64,000 nt of DNA, taken from Octopus vulgaris (Eukaryota). The stretch covers positions 67,022,001-67,086,000 of the forward strand of contig OX597817.1 of assembly GCA_951406725.2 (NCBI GenBank), given 5' to 3'. A program made the translations under genes and the position numbers. A model generated the notes under the pieces. That model was not told where the DNA came from, ran no database searches, and saw nothing but the letters and a program-made list of their open reading frames with translations. The number at the start of each line of letters is the position of its first letter. Position 1 is the first letter of the stretch. This document shows, piece after piece, positions 11,699-25,112 of this stretch.

Positions 11699-14600
11699 TA
11701 GTTATCATTACAAGTAGTGGGGAGTCTACAGTCTTAAAGCTGTATGCAATTTTTTGATGGGCAAAGTGTAGCCTTCTGAAAAAAGTGTAATGTTTCAAGG
11801 AAAGTTAACATAGAATGTAATTTTATCGGCTTTGTTTAATGTAAACCCTATTTATTCAACTAACTGCAAATCTTAGAAACATCAATTTATATTTCTTTAT
11901 CTACATTTGTAATTACTTGTTTAAAGCAAATATGTGTGTTTAAAACAGAAATTTGAAGAAATTAAAAAAAAAAATTCTGAAAGGAATGATTATTCTGAAA
12001 CTCTGCCCTTTAACAACAGTTTGCTAGAATTTTTTTTAGTTTAGTAGAATTGTGAAGACAGACTACATATAGCTTACATTATGAATAATCTGACTGAATG
12101 TATTGGTGAAATTGGTAAAATATTGAACAAAATGCTTTCCTGTATTTACTTATTTTTCATTACATTCCCATTTCTAATCCTGCCAGGGTTGACATTATTT
12201 TTCATCCTTCTATAGTTGAAAGAATAAAGTACCAGCCAGAACTGACATGGATAAAAAACTCTCACCCTCTCATTAAAAACGTGAGGCTTTGTGCTTATGT
12301 TGGATATCAATATTAGTCAAACTCAACAAGATTCTGAGTTCAATTCCTGCTGAGGTTTATTTCACCTTTCATAGGTCCATAAAATACAGAACCAATCAAG
12401 AACTGTAGTTGATTTGGCAATATACTTAGCCCAAGTCTTGCCTATACATCTTGAATTTGGTTGCTGCTTCATATACAAACATCCCAGATCTCATCCAAAA
12501 GACGACCATCTGTCTGGCAAACACTCATTTGCCAACAGCTATACTGTTTCTTCTCTCCTCCACTTCTATTACTACTATCGAGGCCCTTACTAGCCTAGTT
12601 GTACACCATCATCATTCAGGACAATTTTGACATACCTATCTGCCCTCTGCCTCTCATTATCCTCCTTTTTTCCCTACACACATTACTGAACATTAACCAC
12701 TGCAGCCAATCCTTCCTCACCTATCAAGAATGTCAATAGTCTGGAGAATCCCCTTCTTGCTTAATGTATTTCCTATAGATGTCAACTTACACATCTTCAA
12801 GCTGACCATAAACCACATCTAAATCACCAGTCTCAAAGGAGCTCTGAAGGTCAGGGACACTTTTTGTTTTCAATAATTAAATAAACTAATGATTGCTGAT
12901 ATTGGCACAATGTCATAGATTGTATAGGAGGGAACAGTTTGTTTAGTTGACCATGGATTTTTGACAGAGACTTATTAAAATAAATTCCTGCCTAGAGAAT
13001 GAACAACAAAATTGATCTTCATGAGATACGAACTCAGAACAGAAAAAGGATGTAATTAAATGCTACAAGGTGTTGTGTTCAGTACAGAAGTGATTCTGCC
13101 TCCATTTAACAAGAAATATCGGAATGCAGAATTTTAGTTTATATAAAGAAGCCAAAAGTACAAAGTTTATATAATTTTAGAATGTTAGAAACAGTTAATG
13201 ATGAGATAGTAGTTTATCAGAAGAAACAAACTGTTTTTTTTAGATAAGATAGGTCAAATATCAATAATATAAACGGATCTCTTACGATAAAATCAATATT
13301 AAAAGCTCAGTCAGCCATCTTTGAGAAACAATATATAAAATTTCTATGACTCTTTCCACCATTGAGAATCATCATGGTATCTATAGCTAAAAAAAATGGA
13401 AGGGTCCAATGCTTCTAGAAGTCTGTAATACAAATCATCATCATCATCCTTTAACATCCGTTTTTCATGCTGGCATGGGTTAGACAATCTGACGAGAGCT
13501 GATAAACTGGAGAGCTGCATCAGGCTCCAGTCATCTATTTTGGCATGGTTTCTGTCTGGATGCACTTCCTAGCACCAACCACTCTACAGAGTGTACTGGG
13601 TGCCTTTTGTGTGTCTGGCGCAGGTGCCTTTTATGTGTCACCAGCACTGCCATCGCCATGATTTCAATAAATTGCATTATCTTCAACAGAAACTTTATAA
13701 GACGTGCTAGTCAGCCAATTGTTAATCACTCAAGTCAACCATGAATCCTGATGAAGCTGACCTACCATCAAAAGACATTCCAACCTTTAAATATCTCATC
13801 ATTTTTAAGGTCAATATTATTATCTAATGTTTACTTGAAGAAGGTGGGCTGTGATTTAAGGAAGGTTTAACTGATATTCCTACTAGTTAGAAAGACCACA
13901 TTCATTGGTCATCAAGGTTCCAGATTAGAGTAAGAACCAAATTTATTTTATGCTAAATAAAAAGAAAGATAAGTAAATGATTATGAACACAAAGTTTATT
14001 CCAAACAAGGAATTTTCCTTACAATGTAGAGTAGCAATTAGTGAAATAACTTCTATAATGTTTAACCAGATACACCTTCCTCATCATCATCATCATTTTA
14101 TGTCTATTTAGGATACAGGCCTGTAGAGTGTCTGCACACTTCCCAAAGTCCAGTCATCAGAAACACACAGCAGAGAAAAAAAAATTGTCAATCTTTCATG
14201 TGTATATCGTTTTTTAACATCAGTTTCATGGTTGAATGCTCTTCCTATCACCAACCACCTTACAGCATGGATTGTGTGCATTTACTTGTGCCACAGGCAA
14301 CATACTGCAAACAACTTTTGTACTCCAAGAAGAGGACACAAACAAAGCAGTAGATTTTGCAATATTGGAAAAGGGTCACAGGCAAGTAATGAATTTGGAA
14401 AGAATAAAAGAGAAGTTGCAGTCAGGTGTCAAGAAATGTTACATTTAATTGGTCTAAGAAATTGTTGTTGGTTAGCTTTAAGTTGGTTGTGATCATGCAC
14501 ATCAATGATCAAAGATATTCGATCATGATCATGCCATCTTTTATCCAAGCATAGTGTATCTAAGAAAACATTATTCAATATGTCTTTATTTTTTAAGAAG

Positions 14601-15911
14601 ATAGTGTACAAAAGGAGGGGACTTTGGCAACTATTTTTAGCAAGCTCAATAACCATATACTTAAATCTATCTAAGATAGCATGGGAAAAGGAAAGGTGGA
14701 AATTTAGTGAACAGCACATTAGGTGAGTGTGTTCTACTATAGCTTCAGATTGACTTGTATAAGGGCATTGGAGTATTGTTTAATTCAAGACACCCCGTTG
14801 TGACTGTCATATCTTTTTAGGGTTACGTAGAACTACATTATCCAATGTGTCATGGTAGGATGTGATTGGGTAGCAATTTCTAATGTTAGAAGTGATAGCA
14901 GAGAGATCATTCATATTGGCTTGAGAATTGATCACACAATTAAAGTAGAGGATAAATTGCAATAAGATAATACAGATAGATTAGTTTCAGTTTGTACTAG
15001 GACATGGTATTTTCATTTTCATGTCATCTATTTCATGCTCGCATGGACTGGACAAGGCTTCTTGAGTAATCTACAGCCAGATACCCTTCATGATACTAAT
15101 CTTTGTATACTAACACTTGTTTTCAAGTATCTTTACAACATTGAACAACAAGCTGGATATAGTGTTTATATGGAACATAAACAAATATCACCTCTAGCTA
15201 AAAGGTGTCAATACAAACACAGAGACAAACATATTCCAATAGTCACACAAGTCAATCTGAAGCTATAGCAGAAAACTCTTGCCCAATGTGCCATTCATTG
15301 AAACTGAATTGGAATCCCTGTGGTTGCAAAAAGTGAACTTTTCAACCTCATAACTATGCCTGCACCTAACAAACAAATATGGATCATTGATTGTGCAATG
15401 AGAAAGGTGATTAATGATGGCCATGCTGCTATGGTGTCATGGAATGTGAACAGTAAAGGAAGAATGTGGTTGAAACAGACCAAAGTTCAGAAAATGGAGA
15501 CATAATAGCCTAAGAAAATCAAGCCTGAGAGAAGCAGAGTGGGGGCGGGGAGAAAGAGAGACACGAAATGAAATTGTTACTGTGTATTAGCACTGACTGA
15601 GCAGATCTATACTGTGTATTAGCCCTGATGAAGCAGATCAATATTTAAAAGTGTTTCAATCATAACCATTCTTTATAGCTATGGTTACATAGTCTAATGT
15701 GTTCTTCTTTTCAAAAATATCAGGGTTGTGATTTGAAGGAGATTTAGCTACAACTTCTTGCAGAATGAGAAACCTCAAACAGGCTTCTTCATTGGCTCAC
15801 AGCAATATGTTCCACTGACTGCATGTTTAATGGATTGCAACATGGAAAAGTGAAAGTAGAACCAATGATGATGGTAATTCAATAATAATGATTTTTGGCT
15901 ATCATTTAGTT

Positions 15912-16110
15912 TGTTGTTGTTTAATACCAAGCCTGATCAAGAAAACCTATCATAAAGAGCATTTCAGTTGTAACCATCCTGTATTTCGATTTATTTATGT
16001 ATTTTAAAACCTAGTTTACTGCAAGCTACATTATAAAATGTGCGCGTCTTTAAAAAAAAAAAAAAACCCTGATCTGAGGGAGATTTGGCTGCTATTTCCA
16101 GCAGATTAAA
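15912..16110. repeat. Dispersed ~200-bp repeat family E (unclassified)
   Basis: Motifs ctgatcaag.agacctat, tacattatccaatgtg and gagggagatttggctgctatttc recur at ~9715, 15590, 16640, 17820(-), 18240(-), 28570(-), 36485, 37445 and 60740(-). Confidence 0.65.
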
Positions 16111-17578
16111 AACTAAAACCATATGTAGGTTCTTTTTTCCCCCTCATTATTCATTTATATTTCTAGTTTATTATCAAAAGACAAGAGACTTTCAAAAATT
16201 CAGCAAATATTAAATCATAACACTGGCAGGAGGTTACAAATTCGGGAAAGAGGGTAGTGGTGGTAGAGTAGATTAATACCAAACACATACCATTAAAAGA
16301 GAATTTAAATTATTTTTCACAATTTGTCTAAATTATCTGTGTAATTTTTATCTCAAAAACATTATCTTTAGTTAATGGGTTTCGTATTTTGTTTTCAGCG
16401 TTTAACTCCATAATTTATCGAAATATTCAAGAACAAAACAAACATGATATAAATAATCGGGAAACACCATTAAATATTGTTACACAATAGATGGTATTTC
16501 CGCCCATAACGACCTTAGGAAATCCTCCCCCTAGCTTTATGTTGTTTGTTTATTCAGAAATCGGTCATATTGTTAAAAAAAAAAAACCCCACAAAACATT
16601 CCAGTCACAATTATTATTTTTTCATTCACTCTCCGATTACATTATCCAATGTGTTTGCCTTTAAAGACGATAAGGTATAATTTGCAGGAGATTAGGTTGC
16701 TAATTCTAGTCTGTCGAGCGATCTAACATTTAACTTTGAATACGATAGAGATAGATAGATAGAAAGAGAGAGAGGGTGGGGTTAAATTGTGAATAAATAT
16801 ATGATTAATTTATAGAAATATTCCTCGCTATCTACATATGTAAATTCCTTTCCTGTATTTATTTGTTGCTATTGGTGTTGAGCCACAGGTCGGCACAGAC
16901 CTAGTATAATTCCGATTAAAATGTGTCCAATCGTGACCATCATGCAATTTTTGTGCATGTATGACTACATTATTCAATGTCTTTATTGATAAGATATAAT
17001 GTGATTTAAAGAGAGATTTGGTTGTTGTTTCTAACGAACGAGCGACCACGCAGAGGTTCTCCCCTTCCCTCTCCCTCTCCTCTCGCACACGTCTGTTATT
17101 TATTTTCGCCATTGTTATATTTCTGTTATGTTTTTCTGGAAGAAATATTTTACAAACGAAAATTTATATTGAAACCAAGAATTTTAAATTTATTACTAAC
17201 AGGGTATATCTTTAAATTTAGAAATAATAATAGGATAGAGAAAAAGTAATAATAATAATTCGTTTAAATTGGTGACTAGCTATCATATTGATTAGGAACT
17301 AAAAAAAAAAAAATTAACGAGTCTATTTGCTGTGTCTGTATCAATTGTTTCACAAATAATTTATGAATAAAATGTTTAAAGACGAAAGGATATTACAGTT
17401 ATTTAAGAGAATGTTCACAATGAAAAACCAAACAACACATACAAAAACAATACTAATACTAACAATAATATTATGCATTCGATTACGAAAACCACTTCTA
17501 ATCAGTGAATTAAAACGTTCAGGTACGAAGAAAAAAAAAGATAAACATTATTATTAATAAATGAAAGAAGTGGTTTAC

Positions 17579-17689
17579 CTTCTTCGGTGGAGGCGGGGGT
17601 GGAGAAGAATCTTCATTTTCCGAATCTGTAGATGGAGAAGCTGATTCAGTAAGATTTTCGGAGGACCCACTATCTGGGACGTCTGCCAT
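17579..17689 (-). CDS. SNX4: SNX4-like coding exon 1
   Basis: caacaaaATGG start context; 111 nt = MADVPDSGSSENLTESASPSTDSENEDSSPPPPPPKK; donor AAG|gtaaac in phase 0, which splices in frame to the 1736 acceptor. Locally GC/CpG-richer. Confidence 0.78.
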
Positions 17690-18527
17690 TTTGTTGTATG
17701 TGGTTAGAACTCACGAGACATAAGGGGAAACTACTCTAAAATAAAACTCATGCTCGATCTGATAATCTCCCTTCTTATTTCTTCCAAGTTCTTTTGTTTG
17801 TTTTTTTATTTTAAGCCGTCAGACAAATTAAACCAGCAACTAATTAGTGTCTATTATGTGGTCACTCCTCCAGCCAGAAATAATCAAATTACCCTCAAAT
17901 TACGACCTAGAAAGAAATTACGCATAAGAAAATGTAATCCAAGATATAACATCATAACAAAAAAGGTGGCTACGGGTGGAGCGCTTTTGATCAGAGGTTA
18001 GTTCGATTGGAGCTGACTCGGTGCTAACGACAACAGCAACAACAACAAGGAAACAAATTGATTGTCACAGCTAAGGTTACACTGGAGCATAATGTTCTAA
18101 TATTTCCAAGTGCTTCTGATCGCGTAAAGAAAAAATATTAAAAAAATTAATTTGGAAAATTATGAAAGCGCATTAAGTAACTTCTTTTAAGATTGCTCTA
18201 CCTTTAGCAACAATATGGCTTTTGGCAAATGAGGGACTCTATATGTGGTCACTTCACCTGCTAGTAATAGTAGCCAAATCCCTTTCAAGTCACACCCTAC
18301 CCGTTTAAAAGAGAAAAGAAGCATTGAATGATATAGTTCTATATACTTGAAAAATAAAACTTGATGGTCGTAAATGGAACGCCTATGGTTATAAGTCTAC
18401 TCTAAGTTATAAGTCATTAGGGTTTAAACAACAATAGCAACGAAGATAAAAAGTGTTACTAACCCCAAAATTTCCATTTGGTAAAGGAAAAAATGTTTCA
18501 TACTAATTTGGAATCTTTTATCGTTTA

Positions 18528-18874
18528 TCTTTTACTTGTTTCAGTCATTAGACTGGGGCCATGCTGGGGCACCAGCTTGAAGAATTTTTAGCCGAATGAA
18601 TCGACCCCTTAATAAGTCTGACATTTATTCTATCGGTCTCTTTTGCTGAACCACTAAGTTACGGGGACGTAAACACGCCATCATCCGTTGTCAAGCGGAG
18701 GTGGCGGATAGTTACAAAGGCACACACATATGACGGGCTTATTTTAGTTTCCGTCTACCAAATTTCGTATTCACAAGGCCTTGGTCGGCCAGAGGCTATA
18801 GTAGAAGACATTTGCTCGAGGTGCCACGCAGTGGGACTGAACCCGGAACTTTATGGTTGGGAAACAAGCTTCTT
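18528..18874 (-). mobile_element. SINE family B lacking its first ~20 nt
   Basis: Complete body and tail; on the minus strand it begins AAGAAGCTTG instead of the full ..GGCTGTGTGGTAAG head. Confidence 0.85.
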
Positions 18875-19812
18875 TATTTCATGAAATTTGCCATAAAGGT
18901 ATAACAAAGATCAAAGCAAATGCGGGCTGGACAACAACACAAATGAAATGAATGATGAGCAAAATAATGATATTGATGAGAGAATCAAACGATCGATGTC
19001 CCTCGAGAACACTGTTCTTTTTTTCTCATTTTTTTAAAAGCACAAATGAGGTAATGAACCTTTTACAGTAGTCAAAAAGTTCTAAATCAATCGAGGCGCC
19101 AAGACCTCTCATTCCACCTCCCCGATCAAATCTCTCGCCGCTTGCAAGCAATCCCACAGTAGCAAATCGGGGACCCAGAAAAGATAATTGAATTCCTCCT
19201 TAGAAAAGGCATGCATTATCTTATAAAAGTAACTCTCCTCCATGACCTCCGCAGCCACCTGCGGAGGCCAATGTGGGCTATCAATGCAGGTCGGGACCGC
19301 CAGTTCCCGACCTTCAAAACTTCTTACAAAGTTCTCTACGGCCCCTCCCTTGAGAAAGAAGATCACAAATTCCTCATTATTTTCACTGGGAGAGGCCACA
19401 GTTTCCTCCGTCGGTGGCACAATTCTCACCGACGAGGTTTCGGGACATGCCGGCAGTGCACTGCAAACCGCCGGCACTGACCCATTCTTTTTTTCTTTTT
19501 TTTTTTTGCCCTTGGTACGGGAGGGGTTGGTTCCTTCGCCTTAACCGGAGGAACATCGCTTCCTCCCGCAGCTTTAGGATCCTTCGGTGAGCAACCATTG
19601 TTGCTCTCCTTCTTCCTTTTTTCCCTCTTTTTTCCGATGGATGTCTCTCCCTCCTCACGTACCTTCATCACTCCTTCCGGAGGAGGAGGGGGGCTTTTCC
19701 GCAACTTACTGCTCCAGGACCCTACTCTGGTCCTGGGGACAGTTCTTTTTGATGTGGATCGGTTTCAGGCACAGGTGACACTTGGGAAGAAACAAAATCT
19801 CTTTGCCCTCCA
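18875..19812 (-). mobile_element. ORF1-only retroelement, copy 1 (5'-truncated, internally deleted, frameshifted)
   Basis: EGKEILFLP-KCHLCLKPIHIKKNCPQDQSRVLEQ, basic KKKKKKR run, and C-terminal FFLKGGAVEN..WPPQVAAEV..CLQAARDLIG, homologous to copy 2. 3' UTR ends ggcaaatt..aataaag. Confidence 0.75.
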
Positions 19813-19897
19813 AGTACCAGTTGCGCACTGGGGTCGATCTAATCGACTGCCCTCCCCCCACTAAAATTTCGGGCCTTGTGCCTAGAGCAGAAAAGGA
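19812..19897 (+). mobile_element. 3' fragment of SINE family A (alternative tail)
   Basis: aagtaccagttgcgcactggggtcgatctaatcgac..aaaatttcgggccttgtgcctag matches the 25113-25326 copy. Confidence 0.75.
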
Positions 19898-20500
19898 TAT
19901 AGTAGAACCACTGAACTTTTCGTTGGTTGTCCGGTAACATATTAACTCATTTATCAACGCTCTCATGTATAAGAACACATGTATACATATATGTATATGT
20001 GCGCTTTTGAAAAATGTAGACCTGCTTTTATAAATATGTGTACGTGCATTATGTACATATGTGCAAATATATGTAAAATGTGTGTTTATGGCAGAATAAT
20101 TGGAATTTAGGAAACCACTTAAGGGCTCACAGTTACGCAGTGTATCTAAAGCAAGTCAGCATAGTGAGGTACGTTCCTTTCCAAAATATATTCACGAATA
20201 GAATTGGACTTCGTCAGAGGCATTTGTCCTGTTGCCCCAGACAGCAGTATATATTATAACCCTGCACCATTTATTCATAGCTAGGTGAACGGGTTGTTGA
20301 CAATTAAGTATTTTTATCATGAATAGACTTTCCATGAATAAAACTACCACTAATCCATATGCTGGTCACTTGGTGACCGATCAAAATCCAAAAGTTTCAC
20401 GTACCTTATTCATTGATAAACAATTAGTATTTCACTATATAGAATAAAAGTTGAATCAAGTGCTGTATGATATAAATTCGAGTATCAGGTACGAAACATA

Positions 20501-20719
20501 CGAGTGGATGCTGAAAAGACTCTGGCTTTGGATAAAAAAAAAATACAGTAGGATCAGTTAATTATGATTTTATTTAACATATTCCTCATCTCAGAGTTAC
20601 ACACTTATTGCATCGGTCTTTCAGTTTTTCTAAGCCCTGTAAAAGAACTAGGAAAGTTGGACCTCCAACTAGGCCTTTCATGACACTCTTAAAGCCAGGA
20701 ACTTTTTAGCATCCCATCG
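20501..20719. mobile_element. Mariner-derived MITE
   Basis: TIRs CGAGTGGATGCTGAAAAGACTCTGGCTTT and AAAGCCAGGAACTTTTTAGCATCCCATCG, TA on both sides, no ORF. Confidence 0.85.
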
Positions 20720-22599
20720 TACACCCATTGTCAATCGACCCTCGAAAACAATGTCGTTGGGCTTGCCATCAGCAAAAATCTTGCAAGTATCTGGTGTTAG
20801 GATCTCTTAGCTAGGCTTTCAACCAATGGATTTCAACCATTGGTTTTTAGATGGAATTTTCCATTTAGATCACGTAATTACAGAGAGTGGTGACATGGTT
20901 GTCTCTGAACCGTACTATAATCTATCTATCATTCTTCTGATGAAATGTTACATTTATATCGCCTTCAAAGTCACTACAAATAATATAATATGCAGTCTCT
21001 GATGATCTTTTTGGTATGAAAAATACGATTGATTAAATTTTTGGTATGAAAACTATCATTGATTAAATTGGCTGAAATACTCACCCTGTCGACAAGTATA
21101 CGAGTGCCTCTTTTTTCTGACTTATGGATTCGTAGACGACAACACAAACACAAACACTTTTATAATAGTATCTTCTTACCTATTGTGCTCTAATAAATGT
21201 AACGAAACCGAGGCATCATCTATTAGAGAAACACCATTTATATTATTTAAATTATTCGTAAGACCTACAAATAAATATTTTAAATTGAGTATGAAATATA
21301 TTATTTTATGCATTTAGTCTTTTACTGATTATTGGAGTGTGGCACCATTTTCAAAGAGATAGACAAGCATATAAACTCCAATAATTGTTTTAAAACTTGA
21401 TACTTATTTTTATCAATGTCTGTTTTCTGAACAGCATTAACAGCGCTGGCTTTAAGCAGCATAAACTTAAACCTACATTCAAACACACACACACACACTC
21501 ACAATGTACTATTTGCCAAACATCACTCTACCAGAGTGACATAGTAAAAGACACCCAAAGTTCTATGCAGTGAAATCGAATCCAGAACAACCTGTGTGAC
21601 TATATTTTTCATTTTAGAATCCACAGCTCAGTGATGCAGTTACTATACTTCGTTCTCTGGCACTGTGGGTTCAAGCCTAGTCATATGAACTTTTTCTTTG
21701 ATATGAAAATAATGATGGAACATAGAGAATTAAATTTATTAAAACTTAGTCGTACAGTAGCAGAATGATATCATATAGATAGATAATGTCTTCGATTTCG
21801 TTCCATAGTTAAGATTGTTTACTTCTTGGAGAAAAGTGAAAAATAACAATATAACTTTAAAGGTGAAAAAGGTGATAAATGTATAATAAGGTCTTTAGCA
21901 TTTGGAGACGTTATCTTCTAAGACTACACATTCAATACTATTTTGGTTTTTACATCGTCAAAAGTCATATTTAAAAAAATACACAATTTCAAAAAGTTAT
22001 ATATTTCATGATTCTTTAGAAACTTTCAACCATGTCACAGTTTTCTAAATAATTGTAAAATTTCCACAGATACATCTAGTGTATGTATGAGGTTTATTTA
22101 AGCTCTTTTTAATGGAGCTTCTTAATGGAAATTTGAGTTCTTGTGAGGCGGTTGCTAACAAAGTGACAAGACTTAGTTTTTTTTTAATATGTGGTTGAGT
22201 AAGTGTGTGCAGATATCAGGTGTATGTAACTGCTTTTACGATTCGTGTGAACGTGTCTCTTCAGTGATTATGTGTTTGTGCATGCCTGTGCATCAATACT
22301 TTTTACATTTGTATTTTTTAGGTGTACGCAATCAAGAGTGTACATCTATTCATTTACAGAATCTCAGGTAGGGAGCCTTTGGAATGTTTTATAATTTTTT
22401 CCTATACTGCAAATAGATTGAATTTGTAGGACGTGTGTTAGTTTTATTTATCTATTTATTCTCTTTCTTAAAAAAATCCAAGTATTCGTAGGTTTTTGTG
22501 CAAATTCGTAGATACATAACCCAATGCACTTATGATGATAGATACGAATGAAAATTTTTAGTCGGGGTAAAAGAGCTGTATGTTCCACATTAGTTCATA

Positions 22600-23395
22600 A
22601 ATGTGTTTTTTTTAAACTTTTGATGGTACATTCACATCCCCTGGCTTCTACAAAGATGCATGACTTCAGTTCCCTATCCCAAAGAACAATATCAAGTTTA
22701 TTGTGTAAATGTGTAAATATATTCTGGTTCTGACATGCCTTTGATGTATCCTTCAGGAAAATCTTTCCTGCAGTTAGCATTGTATGTAACTTTGTATCTA
22801 TATCATGTCTCAAGAGTAGGTAATATCTTGCAAACATTTGAAACAGCTGTTGATGATATAGATAATATGCTAAACACCGAAATAGAATAACCGATATGTT
22901 CTATCACAAGGTGGAGATTTGGAGGAATCATTGTCTCTCTTCTTTGTCCGGTATTCAGTAGCTATCTCCTTTTCCTGGATAGCGAAAACATACCCTTCAA
23001 GATGATATGTACTTTATCTATCACAAGTACATGAGAGGCTACTCTTCCTGTCAATGTTGCTGTTATCCTCTAGTCTACGGGATATATACCCATGCATTGC
23101 TTTTTACTAGTATGATGAGTGCACCTCTAAGCTTTTGTTTAAGCTGTTCAGTTCACTTTCTTTGGGTCAGGTGAGACTATTGTACACACAGAGTACCAAC
23201 ACAGGAGTTCTTCCCCTATTATAAAGATGGTGTTGTTCTACTTTTGAATATGCTTGTAATGTACTCGTTTCTTTCTTTACTTTTCCGCAGGTGCTATCTG
23301 TATGATACAATGCGACATTCAAATGCTGTTTGAACTGACAGTATGCCTCTGCCACCATCACTTTGTTCTAAATAGATGCTGTTGATGTGGAGGTT
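22600..23395 (-). mobile_element. RLE-type (R4/NeSL-like) LINE fragment
   Basis: Decayed CCHC region ..IINSCFKMFARYYLLLRHD and KLDIVLWDRE (RPD-like restriction-endonuclease motif). Confidence 0.65.
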
Positions 23396-23399
23396 GTTT

Positions 23400-24430
23400 T
23401 TAATTATTTGAAATCTTCCTCCGAGGAAGAGCTGGTTTCTAACCAACATATAAAGCTCCGTCGTGAGAATGTAGATAACAAAAACAAATTCACATTTTAT
23501 ACTTGAGAAAAGTCTTGCATAATTTTACTGTTCCGCTTATAGATTGTATTTGCTATGTGCGAATTAGCTGGTTGTTTTCTTTTTCTGTGGACCTTAGCTA
23601 ATGTAAACTTTCACTTAAGCCTTTATTCACAAAACCAAGTGCACCAATTATCATTGGTATAAATGTGAATTTATAACCTGGATATAGAAGCTTGGGGTTT
23701 CGAAGATGTCCTTAGTTATCCTCCTCCTCCTCTTTGATTTTCGAAGAGATATTCATATTAGTAGAGCAGCTGACCTCTATGACAGTACTTACTGCTTCTT
23801 GTCTGTCTCAAACAACAATATCCGGCCCATTATATTTACTTTGACAGAAGTTTTGATGGGAATGTTCCCATAATATTCCACGTGTTGATGATTGTATATG
23901 CATTTAATAACGAGGAGATTCTTATATTTATTCCAGGACAGTCTTTTTTTCGAATGACACTGTATAGTTTTATCGACAACATCTTGTAGCATAGGGAAGT
24001 TGTACATTGATGACATTTTTAGATAGTTGCTAACCACTGATGTCTTCTATAGTAATCAGGCATAATGTACATTTTCGGTTGCACCTTGCAGCTCCAGCAA
24101 CTTCACTGTCTCTTTTGTTTACAAAGTATTTTATAGCAATCTCTTCTTCTTAGATTCCAAAAGTATAGCCTTCGAAGTAAGATGTGACGTAGCAGACACG
24201 AGTCCAAAAGAGACTACACTTCATGTCAACATGACTGTCTCCTTCAAATCTTCGGGAAACATACCCATGTATCTTCTTAATTTTGGTGCACACTTAATTC
24301 TGAGCGTTTCATATCCCGGTCTTCTTTGAGATACGTTAGTCCGGCTTATGGGATGCTGTTAACCAGACTGTTTTAGGGTTATATGGGATGTCATCAGGGA
24401 AAGAATGCTTCCTGCAGACCTCACTGCGAC
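23400..24430 (-). mobile_element. RLE-type LINE 3' end (second copy of the same family)
   Basis: CTLCLITIEDI..KMSSMYNFPMLQDVV; RPDIVV..VIEVSC..IPMIIGALG..LCKTFLK*; 3' UTR ggttagaaaccagctcttcc..aaaataa. Same family as 52760-53460. Confidence 0.75.
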
Positions 24431-24533
24431 ACGTAGGATATTATTCACCTTCGCTTTTCAGTACAAAGTTTGTTTTATTTTTGCTACTATTGTTTAGCAG
24501 ATGCTGTCTGAGAGCGAGCGAGCAAGAGAGAGA

Positions 24534-24573
<40 letters not shown>

Positions 24574-25112
24574 ATACGACACGTATGTATGTATTGTATT
24601 CGAGAAAATAAACGATAGCAAGTTTGCCATTTTTAAGTCATCTTTAAAATATTGCGGAAGAATTTTTTTTTACCCAACAGAAGCTTAAAGCGATAACGAT
24701 TCATTTTCTTAAAATATACAATGTTCTATACAAAAAAAAACCCAAAAAAACAAAAAAACACTTGAATACATAAACCCAGAAGTATGATAGCATTTTCAGT
24801 ATCTTCAACACAGACAACATTTGAAAAAAAAGACTGTTTAAATATCTATATAATCTAATAATATAACAATTTTGAACCTCTCCTGCACAAATTACAACAT
24901 GTACAGGCTGTCACTCTGTAATATTTTCATAATTAGCCTAATTATACTTGTAACTACTAAAATTGTTTCCGTTTTGTTGTTATTTTTTTAATCTTTGACA
25001 GATCAGTTGACTATGATGCACTTAGATTTTCAGTATGTTTATTCCGAGGTCAGCAAACTACGATCAAAAGCACTCCAGACGTGACCAACTCTTCGTTTTA
25101 GTGAAGTCTAGA

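Noticed and set aside
20720-20920. Possible CR1/Jockey RT scrap (CKIFADG on the minus strand)
   Set aside because: Too short and decayed to support a call.
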